A stretch of 64,000 bases of DNA, taken from NCBI GenBank assembly GCA_002633005.1, contig NMRA01000281.1, positions 141,123 through 205,122 on the forward strand. The letters run 5' to 3'. The notes below the pieces were generated by a model. That model had not been told where the DNA came from and searched no databases. It saw nothing but the letters and a program-made list of their open reading frames with translations. Origin of the DNA: Phoronis australis. Its lineage: Eukaryota; Animalia; Phoronida. Shown here in pieces: positions 12,601-25,587 of this stretch (positions are counted from its first letter, which is position 1; each line of letters begins with the position of its first letter). The position numbers and the translations under genes were made by a program.

Positions 12601-15600
12601 CTGTGAAAACCTTGGTCCATTTAAGTTGTTTTGGAAGTATTATGGAAGGCTTAGACAAGACTGCAGAACAAGAAAGTAAACTCACGAACAGGAAATATGA
12701 CGTCATCAACATGTCACCGCCGTCGTAGCGGGACGCTCGAACCTTTAACGTTACTTGTACCTTATTGTTAGTATTGAATCGGAATTGCCAACTTGACACC
12801 GTGATAATCCGTGATAAAAAGGCTTTGAACTTTATTACTTGGCGTATTTTCAGCTGGCCCGCACTCTTGTGAGGGTTTCCTGTTTGGCAGTATCAGCTCA
12901 AAATGCAAACTGGAAGCGCATTATGAAGCAAATCAAACTATGGAAGTTCTTTCATTACATTTACCTAAACATGTTCAAAAATCAGTTCAAATATATTTGT
13001 ATTAAGCAAAAATAATTTCATTTTTATAACGACGATTACTTGAGGAACCGTGGCATTCAGGAGTTGTGCCTTGATTTCTCTACAATGCTTTCAACGAACG
13101 AAAATTTATTTCAGCTGGTCCAATGTTGATAAACCTAAAACAAAATTAGTGTACTGAGTCGGAACTAGTATTCAAGTTTTGTTTATGTGAAACACTTCAC
13201 TTATTTTATAAACGGATTATGGAAATATTTACAAACTGATGATCGAGTTTCCACTCTCAATCAAGCAGTGCGGTAGCTTCGAGACGACGTTTTATTTTCG
13301 TCAGTTCCACAACAAGTGTAGTGAAGTCAATCGAACATAGAGCTCGCTTGCAGTGTCGTATTTCGCGGAGGCCTCCAGCTGTTGGAAGTCTGGGGGCCTG
13401 ATTATTTGAGATGGCCCTCAGTAACCACATTTTTCACGCAATCATTTCACACCCAAGTCGTCACAATCGTTTACCTAACCAATCAGAGTCGTAATTATAT
13501 TATCGCATTGGCCCCGCAGCTTCCATGCGGGGCCCTTAAATTTGTTGATGGAGCATCAAATTCATCTCCACCAATTTTCAGACGTGTCTCTATCTTTGAG
13601 GGGAGATTTTTAATCATTGGAGAGGAATTCCTAGGCCAGATTAGAATAATTTCATGTAGTGATACTTCAACATCTTTCATAAGGGGAATGGAGCCGATAT
13701 TCGAAATCGAGGACTTGAATAACCCATATCCACAGACGATCGGAAATGCTTCATCCCGCCCGGTGAACAAACTCCATAGCCGGGGATCTGAGATTCCTCA
13801 CCCGGACCCAGGCCGTGTCTGGGGCCCATTTTATGATCAAAGATCGCACCTTCGTCATTATGAAGGCGACGCTAACTTTTTATCAAAGAGAAACATTGTT
13901 GCCAACGTCAACTTGATCGTAGTCCACATTCAGCTATAATCTCTTCGTCAGCGGGGCTAAACGAGTTGTTTGCCAATAGAAATTCAAGATACGAAAGTCT
14001 TAGCTATCACCAGGCGAACGAACGCCGACGGGTCACTTTGATTCTCACCTTTGGTCGCTTGCTTTGGAGTATTTTCGGTGCGTGCGGAGTTCAGGGACGC
14101 ACATATGAAATTTGAGGGGCGGTTTTTCTTTTTAGTGCCCCAAGGTTGGGGTTCCAGAGAATGGAAGCTGGAAATTAGCAGAAGACTAGGCGCGGCCGGG
14201 ACATGTATTCGTTTCTAACAACTAAGAATTGTGAATCATTAACTTCGGTGTTAGATGGATGTCGCATTTATAAGCCAATCAAAAGTGTCAGTATAGGACA
14301 GCGTTTAAAAATGAGTACACCATTTTCGACACTCAAATTATTTGCATTTCACAATTTTTGGTCTAGTTATCGTGAGTCTAAATTTTCCGCAACAATTTGG
14401 TCCGCTCCATAGCTTGTACGACCATAAACATTTTCACGGTGCTTGTCTACAGAAACATCATTTGTAATTTTTGTAGGAATTAATAAAAAATAGACTATAA
14501 AGATTATTGGCGCGCAATTCAAGTAATTTTTTAACTTTGACCTCCAGGATCACTAAGAGAAATGTACAATTTTCAATGGTTTCTATGGTAGCAATACATG
14601 TTATGAAATTGTGTCGCATTATCTTGTTTTTATTAAACACGGAGTTCAAGCTTTCTTTATTAGTAGTTCTAATCCGGCGACACAGTGTCTTGTTGAATAA
14701 CAATCATTGATATTCGAAGCCACGAGTATAAATCTGCTTTAAAATGTGCTTTCTATGAAAACGTTTGTCCAATATTTCTTTTTCATTGACTTCAGTACTT
14801 GGCGAGTAGCATCGTTTAGTTTTAATGTAAACATATTGAATAGTCCGGGTAATTGGCCTATCCCCGACACTCTGGCAGTTGATGGTCTTGTATTACAATT
14901 TTGAAAAACCATCTGAGTAAAAAAACATCAAAATGTGCTATAGCGGGGACGATTAGTCATTAATCGAGCATCAACGAGCGAAAAACCGCTTGTCGTTTAA
15001 AATATCCGATTGACTCGCAGACTTCATGCCGACGCTCAGATTCTAGGCAGTAGTTTTGGCAGCACTCGCGGGACTTCGATACCGGGTGGATTCCACGACT
15101 AGTGTGCTAGGGAATGCGAGCTGGTTTTCACACGTTTTGTCAGAGGCGGTGATATGACCCATCTGGACGCACCACTGAGCGATCGTATCGTGTTATCGTG
15201 ACATGGAATTGTTACACAACTTCCCCTCGCTACCCGTCACACCTGTTGGCCGACGATAAAGGAGGCAGTCAGAACGGCTGTAGCGAGAGTGCCTGACGCG
15301 GTCGGCAACCTCTGCGGGTACCCTCGGACACGTCTTAACCCCACTACCTCCCGGTAAGACAGGAACGGCGACTCACGCAAGGTCACTGGGAGCACTCGGG
15401 CGGTTGTTGCGCAGGCGACTTGTGGATGAATGTTTACGCCATGGCTGCAGCGGAAGTAACGGGGACTTCCGACGGACAGCAGAAATGAAACACGCGGAAA
15501 AACAACTCATTCACGATTTACATGAGAGCGCGTATAAGTCTTCTCACGTTCACTCGATGTGGCAATACTAATTAAGATGAATACTTCCATTGTTTTTCTA

Positions 15601-17330
15601 TTCTATGGGAGTGAACGGGACCAACTTCTCTGCCATAAATTACACTAATAGTCTGAGTTTACTTAATTGTTGTTCCTTCTGTCAGGAAGTGTTGACTGGC
15701 TGTTCGAGTGACACGAACCACGTGGGTTTGTGTGTGGACAAGCACTTTGCAAGAACGTGTTTTAAACAAATGTTGTATTTAAACCATCGTTATCAACTTT
15801 TCCTTATATCAACAAATTGCGCTCTGCATATAATCTCGAGTTGGTTATAACTTGTAATGGTACCGTTGTTGGAGGTTCAGTGGACTAGAGGGAGAGGGCA
15901 CGTTACGTTTTCCAAAGTGATTTGCGAGGGATGAACGTGGCAAAATTAGGGTGGATTTTTGAATAAGATACAGCCTGCGTAAATCTGACCTACAATAGAA
16001 GGTTGATAAAATGGCCTCCAAAAATCTTGTTTGCGGGTGAATTTGAGTCGATTATAAAACAATTCCTTTAACACCAACTGAATGTCGCGGCTATTGAATT
16101 CGCGGCGCATTTGTTAAGTTAACTTAACAGCTCATATTCTGTGACTCAAATCAAGGTGTATCGCGTCAGGTATTTAAATGCGCCATCTATCTCTTGACAT
16201 TTTTACTTCATTTAATTTAGTATTTTATCTCACTTCCCGCACTTAATCAGCATGCGATTCACCCTTTCACTTCTCTCTGCGTGTGCCCGCAATTTATGGA
16301 CTCGACTTCAAAGAATCGTACGTGTAAATGATTTTTTATGAGAAGTCGTGTCGAAATAATTGTATTTAGCAGTAATCAGTGCTGCTTATCGTTTGATTGC
16401 TAACGATGACGCCTGTAACAGGTGTGTCGGTCACAACCAATAAGAAGTTATGAAGTGATTGACTTCTCGCGCTCTTTTTTGCACTTGTCGATCGTCTGCT
16501 GTCAAGTATGTGGCTAATTGCTTGCGAGGTGGAAGCCATTGGCATTTGGCAATTCAGCTATGGCAAACTTACTCTGACTGTTAGAGTGCCTCTGCTTTTA
16601 GAGGAAAAATTCATGGGTGCTTACAAATCTCATCTTGACAAACTTTTGATTTCTTTCCAGTCTTAGAAAAGTGATTTCGTCCTCTTTAAAATATCAGTCC
16701 TGGTTCTCCAATGACGGTAATCTATAATAGGTAATTTTATTTTCCTTAGATTTCTTTTATTGTTTTAATGCTAAGCTACACCTTTTTTGTCGCCTGGGTA
16801 CCACAAAAGCATTAACAGTAAGTATCACAGAGATCGACAAACGCTTGTCTGCGAATGGTAAGTGGCTATTTAACCGGAAGGTGTCTCTGCTACATGTTTA
16901 TTTGTTTACTTAACTCTGCAAATTATCTATTTATTAAAACAACACACAACACGCGCATTATCATATTAAGATATACTCTTTGCTTACAAAAATAACTCAG
17001 TTCTAGTTTGCACACTGTTACACATTACGGTAGGTGTCGCATAGCAAGTTCACTATTTGTATTATAAATACTCAGTCACATTAAGTACATCATCTTTGTT
17101 ATACATGGCATCACTATCTTATTTATCGACTCCCCCAATCATAATACATTATTATATACTATCAAACAAACTTACTCATACACAGTATACGTATATTTTT
17201 ATCAGAGGCTTGCATGTGAAGTTAGCCCATTTAATAAAAATTCCGAAATTCCCCAAATTTCTATCTTTTACACATGCCACCTTTGTTTTAGTAAAAGTAG
17301 AACTCTAATGGTGCTCTTAATAACCTGAAA

Positions 17331-17370
17331 ATTTAATTTAATTTAATTTAATTTAATTTAATTTAATTTA
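17331..17370. repeat. (ATTTA)8 pentanucleotide microsatellite
   Basis: Eight perfect copies. Confidence 0.95.
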
Positions 17371-20300
17371 TGGACAAGTTTTCATTTGAACAAACATGTG
17401 AATGCGTCCTTTTGTATGTCGATCTCTCTTGTTATCAACATGTTTATACACAAACTGCCTCATCGTATAAATACTACACACTGAACTAATACGTCTACTG
17501 AAATAGAAACTGGAATCCGTTTAGCGATTACGGTCTTTGGGACAACTTGAAGTCAGAAGTCAAGATGAACACGTTTCAATGCCTGGGTTAAAGTTGCAGC
17601 TTCCTACAGGGTTAGCCCGCGGATAAGACCTTGTACTAAGAATTTAAGATGTTCCCGGGGTTTTGATCCCATTAACAAATTGTCTACTTTTGTGGATTTT
17701 TCTAAATCCGGATGAACTAGAGGGGTTACGAGTGATTGGTCAAAGACAGCTTAGACATCAAAGGAACGCCGGATAGATTAGACTTCTGGTTACTTTCTGC
17801 AGAATACTTCAGCCGCCATTGGCAAGGATTAACTGTACCATTTAGGTACACATTTAGAAGTGTGGGTTAATCCAGCGCCAAGTATGAGCACCGGACTGGA
17901 CTTGCATGTATACTCCAAATATGCTCTCATTCTCGGACACGTTTATCAGATCGATCGTCCTAGGTGTACTGGTGCGTGTCTGTATGGGCGTTGAACGGCG
18001 TGTTTAACATAAAGCATGTTTTATACAAAATACAAGGACCTCTGGCGGGAGATATTACCAGGGAGACGACTATAATTTTAGACGACCAATTGTTTGTAGT
18101 AGTCTTAAAAATATAAGTACTCGTTTTATCAGACATCGTCGGAACGGGGTATCTGACACTCCCATTTATAAATCCATCTGTTGTGGCGATTTTGAATTTC
18201 CCATTCGTTTTCAAGAATAAATAACTGCATGTTATCAGAATCCTGGTGCAAATCTTAAATCGATTTATTTTATGCCTATTTAACAAGATGTAATCATTTT
18301 ATTTTTCTCTGCGAAACATAACTCCATACGTCGAAATATCAAACCCAAAATGGATTAATTAGCGAACTTATAAAACATAAACATTTTGTGCTTGTAAATA
18401 CCACGTAACCAACTGTTATATTACCCACAATCCCACGGCGAGGTAGTTGTTTAGCCTTGAGCCACTAGTGCGCCGTCGACTTTGCACAAGCAGAAAATAC
18501 AGTTAAGTCCCCGACCATTGACTTTGTTCTGTGGAAAGTCACGTGAGTTGACTAACCTGATAGGCTTCGTATCATTGCTGCGCATTAACTACGAACACCA
18601 GAGCAATATTCACAGACAATGACTGTAAACGTGTTGCCGTAACCCGTCGGACATCAAATAGGTAAAGGCAATTATTGTGCTGAGGGGACCAACGTGCGTC
18701 TTTGCTGGGAATCCCAGCTTCCGTTGCTAAGTTACTCGGCGTTATTCCTATGACCAATCATGAGCTAAAATTGATCAAAACCTTCTATAGACTCTGCTAA
18801 ATACTAGGCTAGGTGGTTGTTTTGGTCTATGGCCAAACTACGCGTCACGTGATCTGACAACAAATCTGGGTCAGAGTCAACGGATATGTTGTTTTTGCCT
18901 TCGCGAACATAAACAAAAACATTTAAGTTTCTCTCTTAGTTATCGGGCTATTTTGTGACAGGTTTGCACAAATGTGCTTGTGGATCATAAAATGCGACAG
19001 TCCTTGGGGTTCTGTGAAGAAACGAGTGAGATTAGCAACTTTATCCAAAAATATTCATAAAAGAAATGAAGTTGATTGTTAATCTTTAACAAACACAATC
19101 AACTGAATAATTAACCTTCTACTGGCAACTGAAACAAGCTTGAACTCAATTATTTACAAAAAAGTTTGATCTGCTTGCGGGCAGAAACCACGCCAAATTA
19201 AATTTTGCGTAGCCGATTGTTTACAACAGGGTTCACTCGGTGCATTTATAAGAGTGCGATAATTCGCTTCGTGTCACGTTTAATATTTGTACTAATTACA
19301 TCACGGAGTAAACCATTTAGCCTCTTCAGTCGTGAAAACTGGGCGCAATTTTATCATCAAAGCTTGTTTAATGAGGTGTAGTTTTTTGCATTTCATTTTT
19401 CTTGACATGTTATTGTCCTTTGCTGCGGCACTGGCGCATGCTTCGTATTTTCGATCCCTGCCTAGCTTAAAGCGTTTGATGAAGTGAGGAACCGAAGACC
19501 AGTAAAGAAACTGTGTTCTCGGTTACACAGCGTAATGTACTTTTTCTACCCGCAGCAGCCACGCTACCTCTCCATTGTGATTAAAGTTATACAAGACTGA
19601 GGCGTGTGAGAGCAGTGAGACGATATAATTGTTCACAAAAGTAAAAGAAAGCAGCGACAGCGACAACTCTCGCTTACTGTGTTAGAAGGCTTGCTAGGCT
19701 ATAGAGGGATCAGCGCGATAGGTTGGTGTTTTCTGTGAAAACAACCGAATTTTAATTAACTGTATTCTTAAGGTTAATGAGAACGTTTGGCGTGGACGTA
19801 CACGCGATTGCGTGCAGCATTCCTCTTAAAACTAGAGCGCTTCGATGGGTATCAACACTTAAGTATTCTGCCTACAAACGAAACCGGAATTTTTGTTTGA
19901 ATTTTCACAAGTCAAGACGAAGCTCGGCACGATGAAGTTGGCTGACACAGAATAGCCCGAAGGCGTACTCTCTGCACTAAGTGGAGCAAGACATATTGCA
20001 CACGCCTTGTTAGAGTGATAAACGTTTTCTATTATTTGTCGAAAATATAATAACAAAACTTAAAATATTCCCATAGATAAGTTGCATTCAGCTCACGTGC
20101 ATTGTGAATAAATGATGTGATGATAAAATGTCGGCAAAAAACTTAATGGAAATATCAACCGGATCTATTTTTGTCAAATAGCCTCGTACGTGATTCATTT
20201 GAACTAACACTGAAAACTCGAGCTTGAAGTGACGCAAAACAGTGGCTCCTTGAAAAAAAACGTGGGAATCACTCTAAATAGCCAATGGCTCTACATGCAA

Positions 20301-20500
20301 AACGTCAAAAACGAAGTTAGGCATTATCATTTGAACACCTGGTGAGATATGTACATCATTATTTCTACCATTTTTAATGTTGTTTGTGTTGTTACAGTCA
20401 ACGTGATTGTGGGATAATTTGGAAAAATAAGTGCTAACACTTACAACACTGACAATACACACAGTGATAAAAATGCGCAATTAAAATTACGTATTCTCAT

Positions 20501-20935
20501 TACAACAATAATGATAATGATGATGATGATGATGATGATAATAATAATAATAATAATAGTAGTAACAATAATAATAATGATAATAGTAATAGAAACAATA
20601 ATAACAATAATACTAATACTAATAATAACTGTAATCATACCAATAATCGTGATTATAATAATGATGATACTAACAAAAATGATGATAAAAATGGTTATAA
20701 TAATAATATATGATGATGATGATGATGATGATGACGATGATGATGATGATGATGATGATGATGACAATAATAATAATCATGACAATAACAAAAATAATCA
20801 CACCACTACTATTAATATTATCAGTCATGCTACTCATAACAGCACTGACAACAGCGATAGTAACAGGAACGACTGACATTATGACATCGATATTATTCAC
20901 GATGTTCATATTAGTTATGATATTGATGCTGACTG
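20501..20935. repeat. Compound trinucleotide microsatellite (ATA/ATG/ACA)n with degenerate 3' tail
   Basis: Long AAT and GAT runs; these explain the poly-I/M/D/S ORFs in the track. Confidence 0.95.
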
Positions 20936-23900
20936 GTCGTAACTAAATTGTTCTTATCATTAGTTTCTGTGTCGTTGTCATTATTGTTGTCGCATTTCAT
21001 CTTTTACACGGTTTTTCTTAAATCATTGTTGTTTCCGGTTCTCGAAAATGGTGCTCGTGAGTTCTAGAGGTAACCCAAACGTCCCGTACCTGTTATTTCG
21101 TCAAGCCGACTGGTTTGAATTGCCCCATTAGGATCAGTTTCTGTCTTGTGTCCACCTAAATCGCTCGCTTATTTTTAATGGTGCGTGTCGTGTCAAAATG
21201 CCGTGTCAGGATACCCAACCTCTCATTTCATCTGACAACGTATGGCTATCATATTCTTTTCAATTTATGTGATTTTATCTCTGTCAAAATTGGCCAAGGC
21301 ACAGATAACTGCGTGAAGGCCATTACATCTCGGCATGTCGAGTAACTACTGTTGTAGAAAAGCCATTGTTAAACTAGCTGGAGCGCTAAAGAGATGGAAA
21401 TGCAAACAAACACAAGCGAACAAACTTCGCGAAATTAATCACGGCAAATTGAAGTCTAGGTATCAGATATCATAATTCAAGCACGAGTCTTTGTGTATAT
21501 TGTCTGCATTCATCGAAGAACTCTTTCATTCCCGTTATTCAACTCTTACAACGATCTAGCTGGCGTGATATGTAAGGAATTTCTTTATCAAAGTTTTGGT
21601 CAAAATCTACCACTTCGTTCTGAACAAATGCAGGCATAGATCTATGCTCGCTCCCAGTTTTGATATCCGGCTGCTGATGATAATTGTATCCAGTCAACAA
21701 AAGGATGTATTTTAGTTCATGAAACCTCGATCACTCGTGTGATAAAAAAACTCAAATACAACAGAAATGTCCGTAAACTGTACATGTTTAGGTCAAGAAG
21801 CTTATGCCTGTTTAAATATTTGACGCTAAACACTGTGTATTATTAGAGAAAACATATTTTGTGTCTTGCATAAACGTACAGTTATTTATCGCAATATTTA
21901 GCTAGTGAGAAATATCTGGTTATTTAGCGGTTCGTCTTTCATTGGACGAAATCTGAAACAAACGAGCTGCGTCTGTCAGTAGGTTAAAACAAGTAAATGT
22001 CAACAATCAACCAATTTAGCGTCTGGCACTCGTAGTTTTTCTTGTTTCGAACAATTTATGACAGGCCGGCTCGCATGAATGCCTCGGCGCGTAATGCATT
22101 CCAGCGTGGAAGGGATGTTAATTGTGTTCCGTGGTGATGGTGAATTCGGTAACCCATTAGTTAATTTTGCGGCCTTTTCTATTCTTATGTTATCAGTTTG
22201 TTTGTGTTTGCCTCAACAATTTACTGCTCAATTACCATTAATAGCAATAACGAGAAGCCGTCCCTCTCATCCGACGCTGGCTATAAAAAGACAAAAATGG
22301 TTATGGTTGTCTTTTGTGTTGCGATTTACTATTACTGTCTAAACAAGGTTGTCAAATAGGGCGAACTATAGCCGCGGGGCGGCAGTCTGATAACAATAAG
22401 AGGTATATCTAAAGGTGAACTATATGAAAGAAATTCATTTTCACTCTCTTGGCGTACATTTACGACGTACTGAAGCGCCTTGGAGCAACGACAAATAACA
22501 CCCATAAGGCGACAGAAATTGATTCATTCTCATCTTTTCAAACCAAATCTAGCGCGTATTGTCGTGTCTAGAAGAAAAGACCCCTATTACGTCACGGAAA
22601 CAGGGGAAGCGAGGGCATGCAAATACAACGGTCACCGCCTGGCCACTTTCATTGACCACTGACTTTTGAAGGAACCGCTGCCCCCTACGGGCGCCGGGCT
22701 AGGGGTACGACTAAACATTCGCCTCACGTTCTGGGGGCTTTGAAACTCAGTCGAGAGACTATTCATAGTACAGACGGTGATTCGACCTTAAACAACATTT
22801 TAACTTGACGATTTTTTGATGGCGAGTAATATAAAACATCTGCCGATCTCTCATGCGCCAATCTTCACTTCCTAATTGAAAACAATGCAGACGTTCAGCC
22901 AAAAATATTTTTCACGGCGTTTGGCAAAAAAGAAACGTTGCACGGTTTTTGACTCGAAATAAGTCGAGCGAACTAAATGTTCTAAGAAGTGTCTTCCGGG
23001 CCAGCTGCATCCAACGTATGCATCCACTCCAGAACGATAACCGACTACATTCTTTATCTCCGGCCTATCAGTTGCCCTAAGGTTCGAAACGTGGTACAGC
23101 GTTCGAGATGGTTAACTGAACACATGTCTAATTTCAGAATAAACAACAATCACAGAAATGAAAATGAAAATGTAACAGTAGTTGTATTGTTTGGTCATTT
23201 CGAAATTTAGCAGGAAAAGACAACGACCGAACCTCGTGCATGAAACTTGTGTACTGATGGGAAAAAAGTAGTTTTTTCTAACATAGTTCAACTGAATGGA
23301 CACCGATGACTATATTGATAGTTTGTCTTAAAATGATATGATAAAGAAGATATGTCTGATTTAGTTGTCCCCAGACATCACTGTGTAGGTCATAAAAAGT
23401 ATCAGGTTCGGCAAACATGTGCACAAGCAGAAACATGCCTGCCAAAACTGAGTTTCGTATAATTTGCTTAAACATGTTTTACGGAAAAATGTCAGTGCAA
23501 AGGAGAGATTGCGCGAAAATGCAAATTGTATGCAACTAAAAGCACCGAAATAACAAAATGTTACGTACACACGTAGCGTACGGCAAAGCAGTAATGCAAC
23601 GAAGCTGTAAAAATATTGAAAAAGTAAGAACGCTGCTTATTAAACTAACTCAGGGTTAATATAGATTTTTATGAACATTGTATTAAACGTAATTAAACTA
23701 AGCGATGTTAAATTGAACCCCAAACCCACCGACTATTAATTTTGCTATGCTCAGGGGGGTAATTTTCCCATGCGAACCTGTACCATCGAATTCCTGATAT
23801 TATTTCCTATTACAGAGAAAGCATAACATAGGCCACTCAAACTATTGTCGGTAATCGGTTTACCTATGTCCCGGGCCACAAAAACTTGTCGACTGCCAAA

Positions 23901-24084
23901 ACACACTCACGAAGGGTGGAATAACAAACTTGAATAAAACCTTGCAACAGAAGAAAATGAATTGTATTATTCTTACAATTTCGTGACTATGGACTTCTTG
24001 TATTGACAACGGTATCTTGAATTAGCAATTAATTTTCTTGTGCACTAAACCGTGATTATTCTATAGCATGGCTACTGTGTGTGG

Positions 24085-24165
24085 CCCTTATAACCACATA
24101 TATCGCAAGGCGATAATCTGATTGGTCTTTATCGCCATATTGGGCGGAGCGATAGACATATATGG
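24085..24165 (+). promoter_or_regulatory. Candidate FoxC proximal promoter
   Basis: TTATAA at about 24088, two reverse CCAAT boxes (ATTGG at 24121 and about 24139), a GC box GGGCGG at 24142-24147 and AT-rich CATATAT at 24157-24163, all 120-200 bp upstream of the ATG. The TSS cannot be seen from sequence. Confidence 0.5.
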
Positions 24166-24282
24166 CGGATGATGTCAACAGCATGATTACATCGTTGATG
24201 GTTGATGTAGCGAGAGTTCACTCTCAATCGTGTTAGCAACAAGCCAGTGGATGGACTGTATTGCGTGAAGCACAACCTTCTC

Positions 24283-25587
24283 ATGTGTACTACCCTACCG
24301 GCCGGTGGTGTCCAGCCACGTTACAATATGACGGGGATGCCTTCAAATCACGGACTGGGTATGATTCCCGCCGGCATCTACGCACCGGAGCAGAACTACT
24401 ATCGCCACGGAGGTTACACTGGCATGGCACCAATGGGCGGTATGACTATGCATTACGATCAGTATTCCATGGGACGGCCGTCGCCGTATGGACCTTACGG
24501 AGGGCCGCACCACACACCAAAAGACATGGTTAAGCCGCCGTATAGTTACATTGCGCTCATAGCAATGGCAATTCAAAGCGCACCAGACAAGAAAGTGACT
24601 CTAAATGGTATTTATCAATTCATCATGGACCGTTTCCCATTCTACCGGGAAAACAAACAGGGCTGGCAAAACTCTATTCGACATAACTTGTCGTTGAATG
24701 AATGTTTTATCAAAGTTCCTCGAGACGACAAGAAGCCGGGGAAGGGTAGTTACTGGACCCTTGACCCTGATAGTTACAACATGTTCGACAATGGCAGTTA
24801 CCTCCGTCGACGACGTCGCTTCAAGAAGAAGGACGCGCACCGAGATCGTGATGACCGAGACAAGAACGATGGCGAGGCTGAGGATTCACAAGATGGCGAC
24901 AAAGGTGAGGTTAAACCTATTGTATCCTCCGTTGACTCGTATACCTCAAACACGGGTACAAAACTGGCCTCTACCAAGCTCGAGCCGATTGACAATTCAC
25001 CAAACAACAACTGTGACCCGCATTCAAATCCGGGCAGTGCTAGTTCGTTACCCATTCCCGTCATACCGTCGGATCCTTCCGCTTTAGATACACACCCGCT
25101 CACCTCCGTCAACAACTTTTCCGTCGAAAACATCATGACGTCGATGTCAAGCACGTGCGATGGACGCGCGAGCCACCTCGTATCTCCGCAACCGCTCGCA
25201 TACAGTCGGAGCACCGATATCTACCGCACCCCGTGTACTCAGGCGACGGGCAACCCTCTGAACTACTGCAGTAGTGCTCCAGTCTTCCCTGACGGTCGCC
25301 AGACCATGTCAGCCCTTGCCCCCGGCGACGATATTAATCAGGGACTCACAGGCCAGAGTGTTCTAAATATGGCGGCTCAGTCTCAACAATATGCTCGTCC
25401 TAACTCATGGTATATGCCGCCAACTGATCTCGGCACTGATCTCTCGCACAGCTCGTCGGCTTACGCCCGAGAACTCTATGACTCACAGAGGCTTGCCCAG
25501 AGTCCAGTAACATCCCAAAGTTGTCAGCTAGCTACGTTCAAGTATAAAGCTTCCCCGTACTCCTACGATCCCTACGGTAAATATTAG
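24283..25587 (+). CDS. FoxC: Forkhead box transcription factor, FoxC subfamily (single coding exon, 434 aa from first ATG)
   Basis: The forkhead domain at about 24532-24825 reads [98 protein letters not shown] and is preceded by the FoxC-diagnostic PKDMVK. The N-terminus QPRY...EQNYYR..GGYTGM parallels vertebrate FOXC MQARY...EQSYYR...GGYTAM. Also present: eh1 motif FSVENIM (25117-25137), an SWY motif, and C-terminal YDPYGKY resembling FOXC YDCxKF/Y. An in-frame TAG at 24208-24210 closes the frame upstream; the ORF-track start at 24247 is a GTG. Confidence 0.97.
   Translation: MCTTLPAGGVQPRYNMTGMPSNHGLGMIPAGIYAPEQNYYRHGGYTGMAPMGGMTMHYDQYSMGRPSPYGPYGGPHHTPKDMVKPPYSYIALIAMAIQSAPDKKVTLNGIYQFIMDRFPFYRENKQGWQNSIRHNLSLNECFIKVPRDDKKPGKGSYWTLDPDSYNMFDNGSYLRRRRRFKKKDAHRDRDDRDKNDGEAEDSQDGDKGEVKPIVSSVDSYTSNTGTKLASTKLEPIDNSPNNNCDPHSNPGSASSLPIPVIPSDPSALDTHPLTSVNNFSVENIMTSMSSTCDGRASHLVSPQPLAYSRSTDIYRTPCTQATGNPLNYCSSAPVFPDGRQTMSALAPGDDINQGLTGQSVLNMAAQSQQYARPNSWYMPPTDLGTDLSHSSSAYARELYDSQRLAQSPVTSQSCQLATFKYKASPYSYDPYGKY

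Noticed and set aside
18438-18460. GAGGTAGTTGTTT resembling let-7 (also TTGGTCCCTTC at about 37895 resembling miR-133)
   Set aside because: Only partial matches, and no precursor hairpin.
20441-20946. Poly-Ile/Met/Asp/Ser ORFs
   Set aside because: Translations of a trinucleotide microsatellite.
24247-24282. ORF-track start of the 446-aa protein
   Set aside because: It is a GTG called under a prokaryote-style start rule; the first ATG is at 24283. Kept only as a possible non-AUG extension.
24261-25214. Overlapping alternate-frame and antisense ORFs within FoxC
   Set aside because: Expected shadows of a GC-richer coding region; no recognisable domains.
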